In this document: in pieces, positions 12,301 to 25,200 of the stretch
Position numbering within the stretch: position 1 is the first letter of the stretch
How the letters are laid out: each line of letters opens with the position of its first letter
Notes under the pieces: model-generated
Databases searched by the model: none
What the model was told of the DNA's origin: nothing
Seen by the model: the letters and a program-made list of their open reading frames with translations, nothing else
Source of the DNA: Auanema rhodensis
Lineage: Eukaryota > Animalia > Nematoda
NCBI GenBank assembly: GCA_964057225.1
Contig: OZ059898.1
Location: 13,454,001-13,518,000 of the forward strand
DNA length: 64,000 nt
Direction: 5' to 3'
Translations under genes and position numbers: made by a program

Positions 12301-15103
12301 ATCCAGGATAACAAGTGGAATAGTTAAAATCCAATAGATCTATACCATAATTAATAATATTATATGTATTATTATTATTAACTAAACCTTTAAAAGCAGA
12401 AGCTTGTTATAAAAAATGCCTGTTAATCCACAAATACACGTAAAAGTCTGGAGAAAGTGAGATTGAGTGTGCCGTAATGGAAAACATTATATTTTACCTG
12501 TAGAATCATCAAAGAAAAATAGATAATAACATTAGCATCCGTATATGATACTGGTACGAATGTCCATAATGGATGAGTGATAGTTTGTATAGCTAGAAAT
12601 ACCAGACTAACCTATAATAAATCAATAACTTTTGCTACAATCAGTATAATTCATTCTTTTCTTCTGTTTGTTTTTTGCATAATTTCTCGAAAAATATTGT
12701 AAACTTACTTCAATAGCTATAATAGAAATATTAATTGTATATATCCACGCTTTATAATATGGCATGAATGTATGATGTTGTTAGCTAACTAACTAACTAA
12801 CTAACTGATTGAAGTATGACAACTACCAATACAGTAACGAAATGCTCTGAAAACAAGGAGCAGAAGGTAGAGCTGTCAATGAAAACTGAAAATTCGATTT
12901 GTGAAAAAAATATATAAAACGAATGAATGAATAATCGAGTGTTAAAAGAGAAGCACGAAACAACTATCAAGTAATGAAATCTGCTTGTATTTTTGGTTAA
13001 CTGCACGACCACCCGTTTTTGTTCAGAGGGAGGCGGGTAGTCTGTTTGATGGTCGGCTTAAACAATTTGCGGAATTGTATCAAAAAATCGACAAACAGTA
13101 GCTAGTTGGTGGAAATTGAACGATAAACATGCTTTAACTATATCAATTTATGTAAGTAATTATTGAGTGTATTATGATATATAACTAAAACGTTAAAGAA
13201 TGAGCAGTTGAGCCAAAATATAGATTATAGTCTGTCAGTAAGGTGAATGTGGAATACCGGCCTTGTTCTATATTCGTTAAGTTGTTTAGTCATCAGCGAT
13301 TTCTAATAAGACTGTATTTGTCATTATGTAAACTTTTAAATTGTCATTGCGACGTAGTTTAAATAGTTTGACATCAGATGACTGTACGTGATGTTATACG
13401 TGATAGATGAGCATGAGGCATATTCACCTGATTGTAATCTTGTGGGTAGTTGTGATGATGATTGAAGTTTGACAACTGATTTCCTTGTTGTTAGTTGAAG
13501 ACAAAGGACAAGTATAAAGGCAGAGGAAGGACTATCTGCTACCAAATACTTTGGTGAACTATGAGAGAGATGAAAATAGTCTAGAGCTGTTTAGCCTGAG
13601 TGATTACGGACTCCTCCTTAAGCTTTTCCGGTCGGAAGTTCGCTTCTTATAATGCTTTTGAGATCATGTTCCTGTTGTGGGACTACCCCAAATGGTCTTC
13701 ATGTGTGGTCTTTTAATCTTCAAGTTTACAAACAGCTTTTAGGATGATGGAGGTTCTTATCCTGGAATTGTAACTCAGCGATGCGGAGGAGTTGGACGAA
13801 ATCATGCAGATGCACTTGCCAGGTGAAATTTTGAACTTTTACATCAATTTGAATGCAATAATAAGAAACTTCTTTGTGAAATACTTATTATTCTATAGTA
13901 TTATGACATTTGCTTAAGAATTTCGTGTTTTCTTTTTGAGACTTGGATGCCATACAACACTTATATCAGTAGTCGGAAATGATGATCATGGAAAATATCT
14001 TCTAGATAAATGCTCTCACATGGTATGCTTCAACCTTTTTCTCTTTTCTCATAACGAAATACACATTTCTGCTTTATTCTTTTCATTTTCTCTTCTTGGT
14101 TTCAGGATACTACTCGCATAGACATGATACATGATTTACCAACAGCTGTCTATACATCTATGAATGTGAAAGGAAATGTTCGATTTGGTATAAGTTCAAT
14201 TGGAGATATTGTTAAACGAATCACACCAGAATTGGTACTTTACTTATTTCACATTTAGAAAGAAAATTCTTATTATATTCATTCCAGATAGTTCGAAATG
14301 AAGATGTTATTGCTAATTCTAAATTTACAATAATGGATGGAAATATACCTGTATCCACAATGCAGAAAATTGTTGAAATTGCCAATTTTCACAAAGTTCC
14401 TGGTAATATTAAGTTCAAAATCACTTAGTGTCATTATTCTGAATTATTCTAGTTTGGTATGAACCCACTGATATCTTCAAAGCTCGGAAAATTTTTGATT
14501 GTTCATCTGATATCAAAATAAGCGCTGTGTCACCAAATGCTAACGAATTTCTTGAATGGTCAAAACGAAAAGGAATTCGTCTTCCTGGTATCGTTCTTAT
14601 CTTTATTATATTTGTAAAAAAAAGTATTTCAGAAAATATTGTTACTCAACCAAAGAATCTAGCTGAATATCTTGTAAACAATGACACCTTGTTAGAAGGT
14701 TTAGATTTACTTTTAGTCTCATTATCAACTTATGGTTCTATTGTAATCAAACGGTTTGTTTGTTTTCTCTTATGTTCTCACGACTTAATGCTATTTTTCG
14801 TTTCTTTTCAGAAATTATAATGATATTTTGAAATCATATTTACTACCTGCTCCTGTCACCCAATCTTGTGAAATCATATCTGTTTCCGGAGCAGGAGATA
14901 GGTAGAAATTCAATAAAAATGTTATTTTAATTTATATTCCACATATTATTTTTAGTTTAAATAGTGGAATTATTGCTGGTTTAGCTCATGGATTAGAATT
15001 TGAAAAATGTCTGTCTTTGGGACAAAAATGTGCAGCTCTAACCCTAGGAACAACCGAAGCTGTATCAAAATCAATTGAATATTCTTTAATACAAACTTGT
15101 TAA
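9329..15103 (+). CDS. Bifunctional pseudouridine-5'-phosphate glycosidase (PsuG/YeiN) - pseudouridine kinase (PsuK/YeiC, PfkB family) fusion
   Basis: PsuG motifs [67 protein letters not shown] and NNARIG. After a linker come PfkB motifs [44 protein letters not shown] and SVSGAGDS. TTTTCAG acceptor 6 nt before the ATG; TAA at 15101-15103. Confidence 0.93.
11538..13130 (-). CDS. Tetraspanin-like four-TM protein nested antisense in an intron of the PsuG-PsuK gene (5' end uncertain)
   Basis: Minus-strand exons with short GT-AG introns splice to ...[36 protein letters not shown]...[49 protein letters not shown]...[23 protein letters not shown]...[18 protein letters not shown]...[25 protein letters not shown]...SHKK*. 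Four hydrophobic segments and a Cys-rich loop between TM3 and TM4. Confidence 0.75.
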
Positions 15104-15394
15104 ACATTAAATTAATAAAATATTTTCTTACATGATTGTCTTTTATGAACAAAAAATAGAAACAAACATCTGAACACGTATTCTAATTAAGTGCGTGAAC
15201 GTGCTATTCCTTAGTCATTTATCATTCTTCAGCTCATGTTTGCGGTTGCATTTGCTTAGAAATAATTATTGAACTATAAGATAAGTTATCTTGTGACAAT
15301 ATGAATCATTTGTATAAGGAAATGATGTAAATATTTTTCATTTAAAACAAATTTGATTTTAAACTATTAAATAATAAACATTAAAGTTACACTC

Positions 15395-15402
15395 TATAAA
15401 TA
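15395..15402 (+). promoter_or_regulatory. TATA box of mucin-like gene
   Basis: TATAAATA about 38 nt upstream of ATG 15433. Confidence 0.45.
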
Positions 15403-15432
15403 GGAAAAAATTCTAAAGAAATTACATCCAGA

Positions 15433-16521
15433 ATGACCTCTCTATTCAGTTCTAACATTTCCCAAGCTAAACGATATTGGAAAAATAATAAGGAGGATCT
15501 TATACCTTTTATCTGCATTACTTTATTTTTAGTTTTGTTGACATCCGCTATTCTTGTTCCTATATTAATAGTTGTAGGAGGAGGTAAAATTTAATTTATT
15601 TAATCTATGTTTTTATTATATACAAATTATTTTTTGTTAGATGATACAATTCTGGTTACAAGTACCACTGAAAAACCATCTACCACTGATATTATGATTG
15701 AGAATGTTTCAACCACCGAAGCTGCAGTGCCTGAAGATATTTCAACCACCGAAGCTACAGTGCCTGAAGATGGTTCAACCACCGAAGCTGCAGTGCCTGA
15801 AGATGTTTCAACCACCGAAGCTGCAGTGCCTGAAGATGTTTCAACCACCGAAGCTGCAGTGCCTGAAGATGTTTCAACCACCGAAGCTATAGTGCCTGAA
15901 GATGGTTCAACCACCGAAGCTGCAGTGTCTGAAGATGTTTCAACCACCGAAGCTGCAGTGCCTGAAGATGTTTCAACCACCGAAGCTACAGTGCCTGAAG
16001 ATGGTTCAACCACCGAAGCTGCAGTGCCTGAAGATGGTTCAACCACCGAAGCTACAGTGCCTGAAGATGGTTCAACCACCGAAGCTGCAGTGCCTGAAGA
16101 TGGTTCAACCACCGAAGCTACAGTGCCTGAAGATGTTTCAACCACCGAAGCTACAGTGCCTGAAGATGGTTCAAACACAGAAGATACAGTGCCTGAAGAT
16201 GGTTCAAACACAGAAGATACAGTGCCTGAAGATGGTTCAAACACAGAAGATACAGTGCCTGAAGATGGTTCAACCACCGAAGCTACAGTGCCTGAAGATG
16301 GTTCAATCACCGAAGCTGCAGTGCCTGAAGATGGTACAACCACCGAAAGTACAGAGTCTGGAGTTGGTTCAGCCACTGAAGCTACAGTGCCTGAAGATGG
16401 TTCAAACACAGAAGATACAGAGCCTAGAGATGGTTCAACCAACAAAGCCAAATCTATCCCCCTTAAACATTTGTCACCACGATTGAAATTCGCTGAATTA
16501 CAAAAGTTTTTACACCCTTAA
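15433..16521 (+). CDS. Signal-anchored (type II) acidic Thr/Glu-rich mucin-like repeat protein
   Basis: Exon 1 (15433-15583) MTSLFSSNISQAKRYWKNNKEDLIPFICITLFLVLLTSAILVPILIVVGG has a basic N-tail and a TM helix. It splices in phase 1 to exon 2 (15641-16521) with ~22 copies of ED(V/G)STTEA(A/T)VP. Confidence 0.8.
15700..16440 (+). repeat. Coding 33-bp tandem repeat (~22 units)
   Basis: GAAGATG(T/G)TTCAACCACCGAAGCT(G/A)CAGTGCCT unit, with a variant block TCAAACACAGAAGATACA toward the 3' end. Confidence 0.97.
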
Positions 16522-16644
16522 TGATCTCAATCAATTTGTATGTTTTGTTATTTGAATATAAATTATGTAAAATTTATTAACAAAAAAAATTTTTTGACTC
16601 GACCAGAAACAGAAAACAAGCAAAATCAAAAAAATTAAAGTTTT

Positions 16645-18678
16645 TTACTTTTTATTTAATCGGCATACAGGTCCGTTGTAAACCATATTAATATCGACTT
16701 TGGGACCGAACATATCACGAATATTATCAATACCATATCTGATCATTGTTGGTCTAAAATGAGGATGTGAATTATTGTTATAGATGATTAAAACGATTTC
16801 TACCTTTCTAATGAAAGTCCATAACCTGCAACATTCACATCTGCGGGGAGACCCATCGGTAAAAGCATTTCAGGTCTGAACATGCCAGAGTTGCCAATCT
16901 GTAAAAAACTAAAACTTGAAGAAAGAATAACTGAGAAAAATTTACTTCAACCCATTTTTTCAAGCCTTTATGATAAGCAAAGATTTCCATAGACGGCTCA
17001 GTGTAAGGATTATATGCAGGCTTGAAACGAAGATCTTCGATTCCTAATACAAAAAAAATAATAACATATTAAAACTTGAACATACCTAATTTCTTGAAAA
17101 ATTCAGTGAAAACTCCAATAAGATGGGCTAAACTCAAGTTACGATCAGCAATTACTCCTTCTACTTGGTGGAACTCAGCGAGATGAGTAGCATCCAAAGT
17201 TTCGTTACGGAAAACTCGATCAATCGAGAAAAGTTTGGCGGGTTTGAATTCTTTTTCTTGAGCAAGTTGGTAGAGCACACGTGCGGAAACAGCAGTAGTA
17301 TGTGTACGAAGTACATTCTTCTGCGCTTCTTCTATTTTCCAATCGTACTTATAGCTGAATTTCAACTTTAGCAAAAAAGAACAACATGTTATATACCCAA
17401 TTGATCCATAACCACCTTCGGAGTGAACCTTTTTAACTTTTTCTAAGTACTCTTCAGGGAACTGAGTACTCTTAGCAGGACCTGTAACAAATCTTTTTTT
17501 TTTTGAAAGAAGTAAAATATTATTAATACTGGAAATGAAAAACGTGTCGTGAGCATCACGAGCAGGATGTTGTTGCGGTTGGAAAAGGGCATCGAAGTTC
17601 CAGAAAGAGCTTTCCACATACTTGTTAGTTGGCATCTCAGAGAATCCCATGGAGAAGAAAATCTGACGGAACTCAGACCGGACCTGTAAAAGAAAAACTA
17701 AAGATATAATATATAATTCAAAAAAGAACACCTTAAGAAGTGGATGAAGATGGCCGCACGCAGGAGGAACACCAAGAGCTTCGAAGTTATATTTCTTGAA
17801 TGGCTTGGTCTTCCATGAACCACTCAAACGAAAACTTCAGTAAAAACTAAAAAGCATATACTTACTTGGCAATCATTTCTGGTGTTAGGTCAACTTCAGG
17901 TTTAGCTAATTCTGTAGTAAAATTTGCTCCTTTCGAAACATTAAGACCCTTGACAATGCTAAATTTTAAATGATTGAACAGAAATTATTATAAATCAAAT
18001 ACTTTTCAGTAAAGAGTTTTCTTTTTTTTAAATCTGCTTTAGCTTTAGCATCGATTTCTTTTCCGATTGATAAATCGTTGAGTTGTTGAGAAACAATATC
18101 TTCAGCACTTTCAACTTTACGGACCTGGAAGAAATAAATTTACAAATGAAATTTACTCCTGATAAACTCACAACTCTAGGTTCTCCTCCTGACTTATCAA
18201 TTGCTACCCATCCTGCGGCAAGAGCTTTGCTTAATCCAACTTTTCCAAAAGATTGCTTCTGGAATTATATAGCTAAGGAACATTATGAAAATAGAACGAA
18301 CGCTAATCTCGGATTGAGGTTTTCCTTCAGAACCAACGAAATCAAAAACTTTGTACTCGAAAGATCCTAAAAACCAGAATTAACTTTGTCAAATGTGACG
18401 CAACTTGCCGCCTGTAGCCATAGCTTTTCCTTCAGCACTGAGTTCTAAGTTGGCTTGTGTAATATCAGAAGTATTAACTACCTAAATGAGGGTTAATGAA
18501 AGGAATAAGAAAATACTGAGATATATACATCTTCATGAGCAAGCAAACTTTTAATTCCTCCGATGATTTTTTGATGGTCCACTTTCCATTCAGTAGCTAA
18601 TTTGATACTTTCAAAACTTTCATTATCAGCTATATATTTCAACAAAAGTTGAGGAAGATTATCCAAATCTATAGCCAT
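16645..18678 (-). CDS. fars-1: Cytoplasmic phenylalanyl-tRNA synthetase alpha subunit
   Basis: [109 protein letters not shown] and [20 protein letters not shown] acceptor near 18745. Confidence 0.97.
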
Positions 18679-19356
18679 TTCTCTTGAATATTAATTTTTC
18701 CGTATACAAAATTCCCAAACGAAGCAAGTTCTTGGAGAACAGAGCTGAAAAAGCAAAAAAATCAGATCTTTAAAGACTTTTTAATCACTACATAGATTAC
18801 GTACAGACTTTAACATTGTATATTTACATAAATTCTTCAAATTTGTGCACAAAAAAACTGCCAAAAGATTTTAAAAAGCTTATGAACATTTTCAAAGTAA
18901 TCACTTGACGTTAAACTAAAAATGTTGGTGTATCGTACGTGATTTTTCTGCAATGTTGGAGGCTGCCGTACGAGAAGATAGGTGATTGGCAGGTAATTCC
19001 CGAAGATGGAGATGATGTATAAAAGAAGAAAAGGCTTATTTATAAAATACCGAACAACGCAATTCTTTTACTATGTGTTAATCACTTCTTAATTGAGCTT
19101 TTCATTTATAAACTATGTTTCTATTTCGGAATAACGTACAGAGCTACTCATAATCATACGAATAATTAAAAATATACATATTAAGCATGTGAATTATTTA
19201 TTTACATCAAGTACAAGCTGTACTTTTCATTGAGCTTTTATGAACAATTATAATCATAATGGCATATATGTTGAAACTGAAATAACATATAAGAAATGGT
19301 TATTAGAACTCAGTTTTCTACACTTGAAAGCAGTATCTTAGTTTAGTATATTAATG

Positions 19357-21342
19357 TTAATCCGCATAGTAAAGAGGATTTTCCATAATCAAAGCACAGT
19401 CGGAAAGACGACGTAAACCTTGAGGGGCTGGAGATAATGATGGGGACCGAATTGATCTATGCGATGTGCTGAAAGAAAAATGTGTTCGGAAAAACATTAA
19501 AAGTATAGATGTACCTGCTATAACGATCTGGAAATGATGGTTCATATGAAATAGTCTCTTTGTATGGACTAATTGGTCTGCCATCATGAACTGAAACCCA
19601 TCTGGATTTCTTTATAACCTATAAAAAATATTTTATTTGGAGAGGGCAAGAGGAAAAACTTTTTTCATAGGAGTTCCACCTGCGGAGTAGGTGCTGCTTG
19701 CAGTACTACGAGGAGAGACTGGAGCACTTTTTGGAGAAAGTTGATAAGTCACCGATTTTGGAGAAAGTGATTCATCTGAAAAAAGCTCAAGTTATTTGAG
19801 AAGCACTGAAACAACTTACTATGTCTTCTGGGTGAATGACGTGGTGAAACAGAACTGAGTTCAATTCTGGGAATAGTTAGAGGTTGAATAGGCTTTAACA
19901 AATGATCATCATGGCCTCCCACAGGTGTCACAGGTCGCACAGGAGTCACAGGTCTCACAGGCTCAGCTGGCTGAAAAGATATGCTTGTGCTTTGTTTTGG
20001 TGCCCCATGTTTGAATTATTTGAATATGATATAAAGAGGCCGAGAAAATTCGTTAGCTTTAATGATAGCTCTCATGGCCGGATATTCATTTGTTTGATTC
20101 GGTGGAAATATAATTAAATGACCAGTTTGCGAGAGAAAACAGACAATAAAGGAGGATGTCCCTATAGCAATAGCTTCAATATATACATATTTCAATCGCA
20201 AAACGATGATGAGCATTATGAATTACGGAGCGGAAACTCTTAATGCGAAAAGAATATAACTCTCAGAAACAGATAGAAAAGTGAGAATTTCAAAAATAAA
20301 AGCCATCTAATCGTTCATGAAACTTAAAATTTTTTCTTATAAATTTCTCAAACTGTATGGATTAATGTGCTAGTATTCAAAGAGCAACTATCTTAGTTTT
20401 TTGTGTGCTAGTCATCCAGAAGATTCAGAAACTAGTTAGTCGCTAACATATAAGCTACGTGAATGCTCTTCGACACAGAGCTTCATACAGGTTATATTTG
20501 TTCTGACGATTGAGCAGAAGAATTATTGTAAGAAAGACAAGTGGGTTGAAGCTTAATCTACTTAGTATTTCGTTTTTGCTTCATTTTTTGAACTTTCAAG
20601 CTTTAGAAACATCAACTTTTGTTTGATTTCATGAAAAGCCTCAAGTAGGAAAACTGATGAAAGAGGACATAGCAAAAGGAATACAATACAGATTTTTCCG
20701 GATTCCTTAGTTTTTGTTCAAGAAGATATTTTCGGTGTTTTTCTATTTTTCTCAAAAGCAGAATAGTTTGGAGCATCGAGAAATGGCCTGATGATCATAG
20801 AATTTAGAAACTAGAGCCGATCCACTTCACGGAAAATTTGATCGAAAAACTTGTTTCGGAATTCCAATGGATGATCAGAAAAAGATTTTTTTTTGGAAAT
20901 TAGCAAATGAATATCGAGCAATGAAAACCAAAATTCAAAAAAGAAAACTTACGTCTTTCTCAATTTTCACTACAATTTCTCCGTTTTCATCCCTACCATA
21001 AGTTCTTCTTTCAGTATATTGTTGTCTTGAATATTGACGTTGGGGCTAAAAACAATTAAAAGCAAGAAATAAATAAACTTTAACCATTTTAAGTGTATGT
21101 GTATTAAATGAAAAAAGAAAGAATAATTACCTCACTGAATGGAGTTCCGTGTATTTTTCTTTCAAATGTCTCAATGGTATGAGCTTCTTCAGAGCCGATT
21201 TTCTGAATAATATAATTGAATGAATTAAGAACAAGTGCTATAAGACTAAATATGAACTTTGATAAAAGGTTTGATATAGATAAACTCCTAATTTAAATAA
21301 AGTAACCTCAAAATTTCCTCCGCTGTATGGTCGCACGGCCAT
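19357..21342 (-). CDS. Uncharacterised intracellular protein rich in S/T-P motifs, ending in an NPxY motif
   Basis: 7 exons splice in frame: MAVRPYSGGNFE|KIGSEEAHTIETFERKIHGTPFSE|PQRQYSRQQYTERRTYGRDENGEIVVKIEKD|PAEPVRPVTPVRPVTP...SPRHSPRRH|NESLSPKS...GTPMKK|VIKKSRWVSVHDGRPISPYKE...|...MENPLYYAD*. CTTTCAG acceptor ~21 nt before the ATG. Confidence 0.75.
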
Positions 21343-22206
21343 TCTTGATGATCGTCGGAGAGTCTGAAAGGCAGTTTTCTGACTGTATGAAGTCTCTTTC
21401 TTTTTCAACTCTTCTTCTCAAACACTATCTCATTTCCAGCTCTTTTTGACGTTTGACTCTATAAATTCTCTCTTGTTTTCTAATTCTCTCTCGGAACACT
21501 TCCTCTCGATCTCGCTCTATACCTCAGTTTCGTGAAAAAGTCAACAGAAATGATTGGACTGTGTCAATATTTCAGGAAACGTGGGACAATCACTCACAAT
21601 AATTTCCATTACTGAATAATATGGATCAACAATGGCAAAAAAACAGATAATCTTACTTCCCTGCAGTAGTTTTTTCATTTTCTTCAATCAGTATCGTTTA
21701 AACTTCAGAATTTATTCCCTTTGGTCATTCATTTTAGTTGTGTAAACAAAACATTTTCTGAACAACATCCCAAAAGTTTTTGAAATTGCTTATGCTATTA
21801 AACAATTTTGATATAAAAGAACACAGAAGTGGTTATCTGGTATCTGAAAAAAGACTATGAGGGATATATGTATAAAATTTCTTTCATAATAAGTTCAACT
21901 AGTAATTCAGAAATCAAAAAAATTTATATTCAATTTTCAATTAATATTTTAAAATTCATATTTAAAATACTGTTTTTAATTAATATGTAATATACTGTAC
22001 GAGTATCGGTGCACTTGATAACTGATAGCCTGAGGCATATTTTTATTTTCGATTACGGTAGTCAGATAGAGCGCCAATATATTGTCAGTTCAAACATTCT
22101 TTTTTGATTCACAACAGTGCCTGGGAATTGGACACATTTCTGATTTTTGAGTTATTTAGATAATTTAATTTGTATTATTTTGTATAGTATTGGAGGTATT
22201 TAAGTA

Positions 22207-25200
22207 ATGGAAAATAGTCAAAATGAAGAGGTAATACTGAAGAAATTTATCATGCTTACAATTTTTTTAACATAGATTCAGTCAGAAAATATTATAGAAT
22301 CTTTACTCCCAAAAGATAAGCGAAAGTATTAAATGTTAATTGCATAACAAAATATTAATTTCTTAAATTAGAAATCGTCATCAGTGTAGCACTTTACACG
22401 ACCACGGTCTCGTTGCAGATTTAATCATGCAAGATGAAGACAGTAAGAAGTCCCGGGCGGACAGGAATTCGGCGGTGAAGGTAGCCGCTATATCTTTACT
22501 CCAATGTTTTATAATAATCATATAGGTTCAAGATCAACCTGCTCCAGAGTCAGCTTCATCACGGCCTAGAAGAGCGTCAGTAAAACCCTCATATTATCAA
22601 GTACAAAATATTCAAAATGAAAGGAAAAAGAAAGTAGGCGAGCAGATTCTAGAGGTAACTTTTCAGATATATTACATAAAATTTATTTTTTTATAAAGAT
22701 TGAAGTTGGAGATCGACCTGAACATATTAAACCAATTCTTCGTTCCAAAAATAACGATAAAAAAGTAAGTTTGCATCCATATTTTAGTTTTCAAATATGT
22801 ATTTAGGATAGCAAAAGTATTAAATTTCATAATAAATGCGCAATACAAGTTATAGATCCAATAGAGGGTTGGGTATGTATTAGTTCTAGTTATATTCTCA
22901 CTAAAATTTTATAGAAAGATGGTGTTGTTCGGATGCCTGAAGATACTGATAACGTTGAAGAGGTTGGACATTGCAGTTCTAGCTTATAGAAGTTTTATTT
23001 CTAGGAAAAAGGGTTAAGATTGTCCGAACAACTTCGACTAACACCGGATAGTTGCCGACGAGTAATATTGTACAGTTTTTTATTTTCTTGAATTAGTGAA
23101 TTTTCAGCTTCAACAATGTAATCCTGAGGATGATAAAACGCCGTTAGCTTTCAAGTATTTTAATTTTTTTTCTTTTTCTCTAAAGTGGTATTTCAGTGTG
23201 TATTGTGAAGCAACAGACGAAATTGTTGAGGATGTTACTGAAAGTGATGAAAAAAACGAAAAGAAATCTCGAAAACGACCTGTTTCCGTATGTCTGTGTT
23301 TTTTGAAATTCAGTAATGGTTTTTTCCAGGATAATGGTACCACAGCTAAGAAATCCAAGAAAACTGAAGATACTTCTGAAAAGAAGGAAACGGCTCCAAT
23401 AGTATGATAACAAACTCAAATTTAATTTTAATTTATTCTTTTTAGTTTAAAGTTTCCACCTCGAAACGGCGTGCTACGCTTTGCCAAGAAAAAATAATTT
23501 GCTTCACTGATCCTGATGTACCCGCTGCAGAGGATGCTACTGTTGATGAGAACACTTCTTCTAACAAAAAAAAACAAACTAAATCTAACCGAGTAGTTTC
23601 AACCAGGAAAGGTGGCGACTCTTCTCTGGAAACATCAGCTTCTTCGACCACAAAAAAGTCTTCAAGTGTAGCTTCTACTAAGTCTATCAAAGAAGAATCA
23701 TCAATCGGGTCTTTAAGCTCCGTCGAAGAAGTTAATGCTTCTGGTGACTGTAAAAAGGTTTATAATATGCTTTTTAATAAATTTCATATTTTCTCCCTTT
23801 AGATCGCTTTGATTGAATTAGATACCAGTTGTGAAGCCACTGAAGATTCTTACATAGATACTGTTGGTTTTCAAATTTGTCAAATATTTTTTACCCGTTT
23901 TCTAGGTTCTCCAAAAGAAGGAAATTTCAATACGCGAAGAGTTTCTAAAACCATCGGAAAACCTACCGACAAAGCTGATAGGTCAAACTTTTCTTTTTAA
24001 ATTATTTTGCTGAACAAAATCGTTTTTAAGCTTATAATGAGATAGACTATGCACCATTCTCTCGTTTTAATGTTCTACCTAAATACACTAATCCTGTCGT
24101 TGATCCAGTATTTCGCTTTTTTATTCATTTATGAAACATACGGATTTTTTAGTCTTGGGTGTTGCCTCCTAAGAGAGTACTCACACCGTATCAGCCTGTG
24201 GCCACAACAAATGCTTTACCAAAATTTTCGGAAGATGTTGAACCTGCCGAAAGTTTACCTATTTCTAATCCTGAAAATCTCACAGAAATTACGGATAAGT
24301 AAGCAATTACTGTTATTATTTGCTAATTTGTTGATTCCCTTCAGGTTCTCTCAAGATATGAGGGTTTGGTATAACCATGCTTTAAATTGCGAAGAAAAAA
24401 CAAAAGCTCTTCCCTGGCCACAAGCGTTAGAGCCAACTTCCGCATCACTCTGGCTGGGATCCAGTGTAGCTGCCGAGAAGGCTAAAGCGTTTATTAAATA
24501 TTGGTTAAAACGGGGAGAGAAAGGTTTTACTCTTGAGTGTGTTCGTTTGATAATTTTGCTTTCAGAACTTGATGTGAAACCCAAGTCAAAAAAAAAGAAT
24601 TCTTACGAATCAGATTCTGATTACGAAGAAGATTGTTGTGGTGAGCATTTGGAGAATCCACTTATAATTGTAGGACCAACTGGTTCGGGTAAATCGTCTT
24701 TGGTTAGTGTATATTTCAAAATCTTTGAAACTTAGCTTTTTTTAGATCTCAGCTTTAGCTACTGAACTTAACTGTAAAATACTTGAAGTGCATCCTGGTG
24801 AGATGCGAAACGGGTCTTCCCTTCGTCATAAATTGTCAGGGGCTTGTGAATCTCAAAGAGTTTGTATGCTATCAGTTCTTGTTCTTATAGTTTCTCATTT
24901 TAGATGCCTTCAAATAGCATATCTTCATTTTTTTCTAAGAATACTAACACGGGTAATGCACCCCCAACTCGACAAAAAACTATAATTGTCGTGGAAGATG
25001 TGAGCTTGACACCCACTTTTGGTGAACATTCTGCAATATATTTCATTCAGATCGATATTCATTTCCAAAAATTTGACAAAGATTTCTACTCGGCTTTAAA
25101 GAGTTTAGTTGCTGAGGCTAAAGTGCCTGTCATTTGGACCTGTCAAAAAATACCTTTCGAAGAGATAAACAGGGAGCCAGCTCTTGGAAATTTCCAAGAA

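Noticed and set aside
13130-13702. Possible 5' extension of the nested gene from ATG 13702 with an in-frame TGA (~13664-13666), suggesting readthrough or selenocysteine
   Set aside because: Depends on weak splice sites, the peptide has no recognisable features and no SECIS was seen. More likely UTR or promoter.
9329-15103. Recent horizontal transfer of bacterial psuG/psuK
   Set aside because: The gene has many host-type introns and the fused architecture is already known in eukaryotes.
15627-16486. Long antisense (274 aa) and alternative-frame ORFs over the mucin repeat
   Set aside because: A 33-bp unit without stops in those frames keeps them open automatically. No independent start or splice support.
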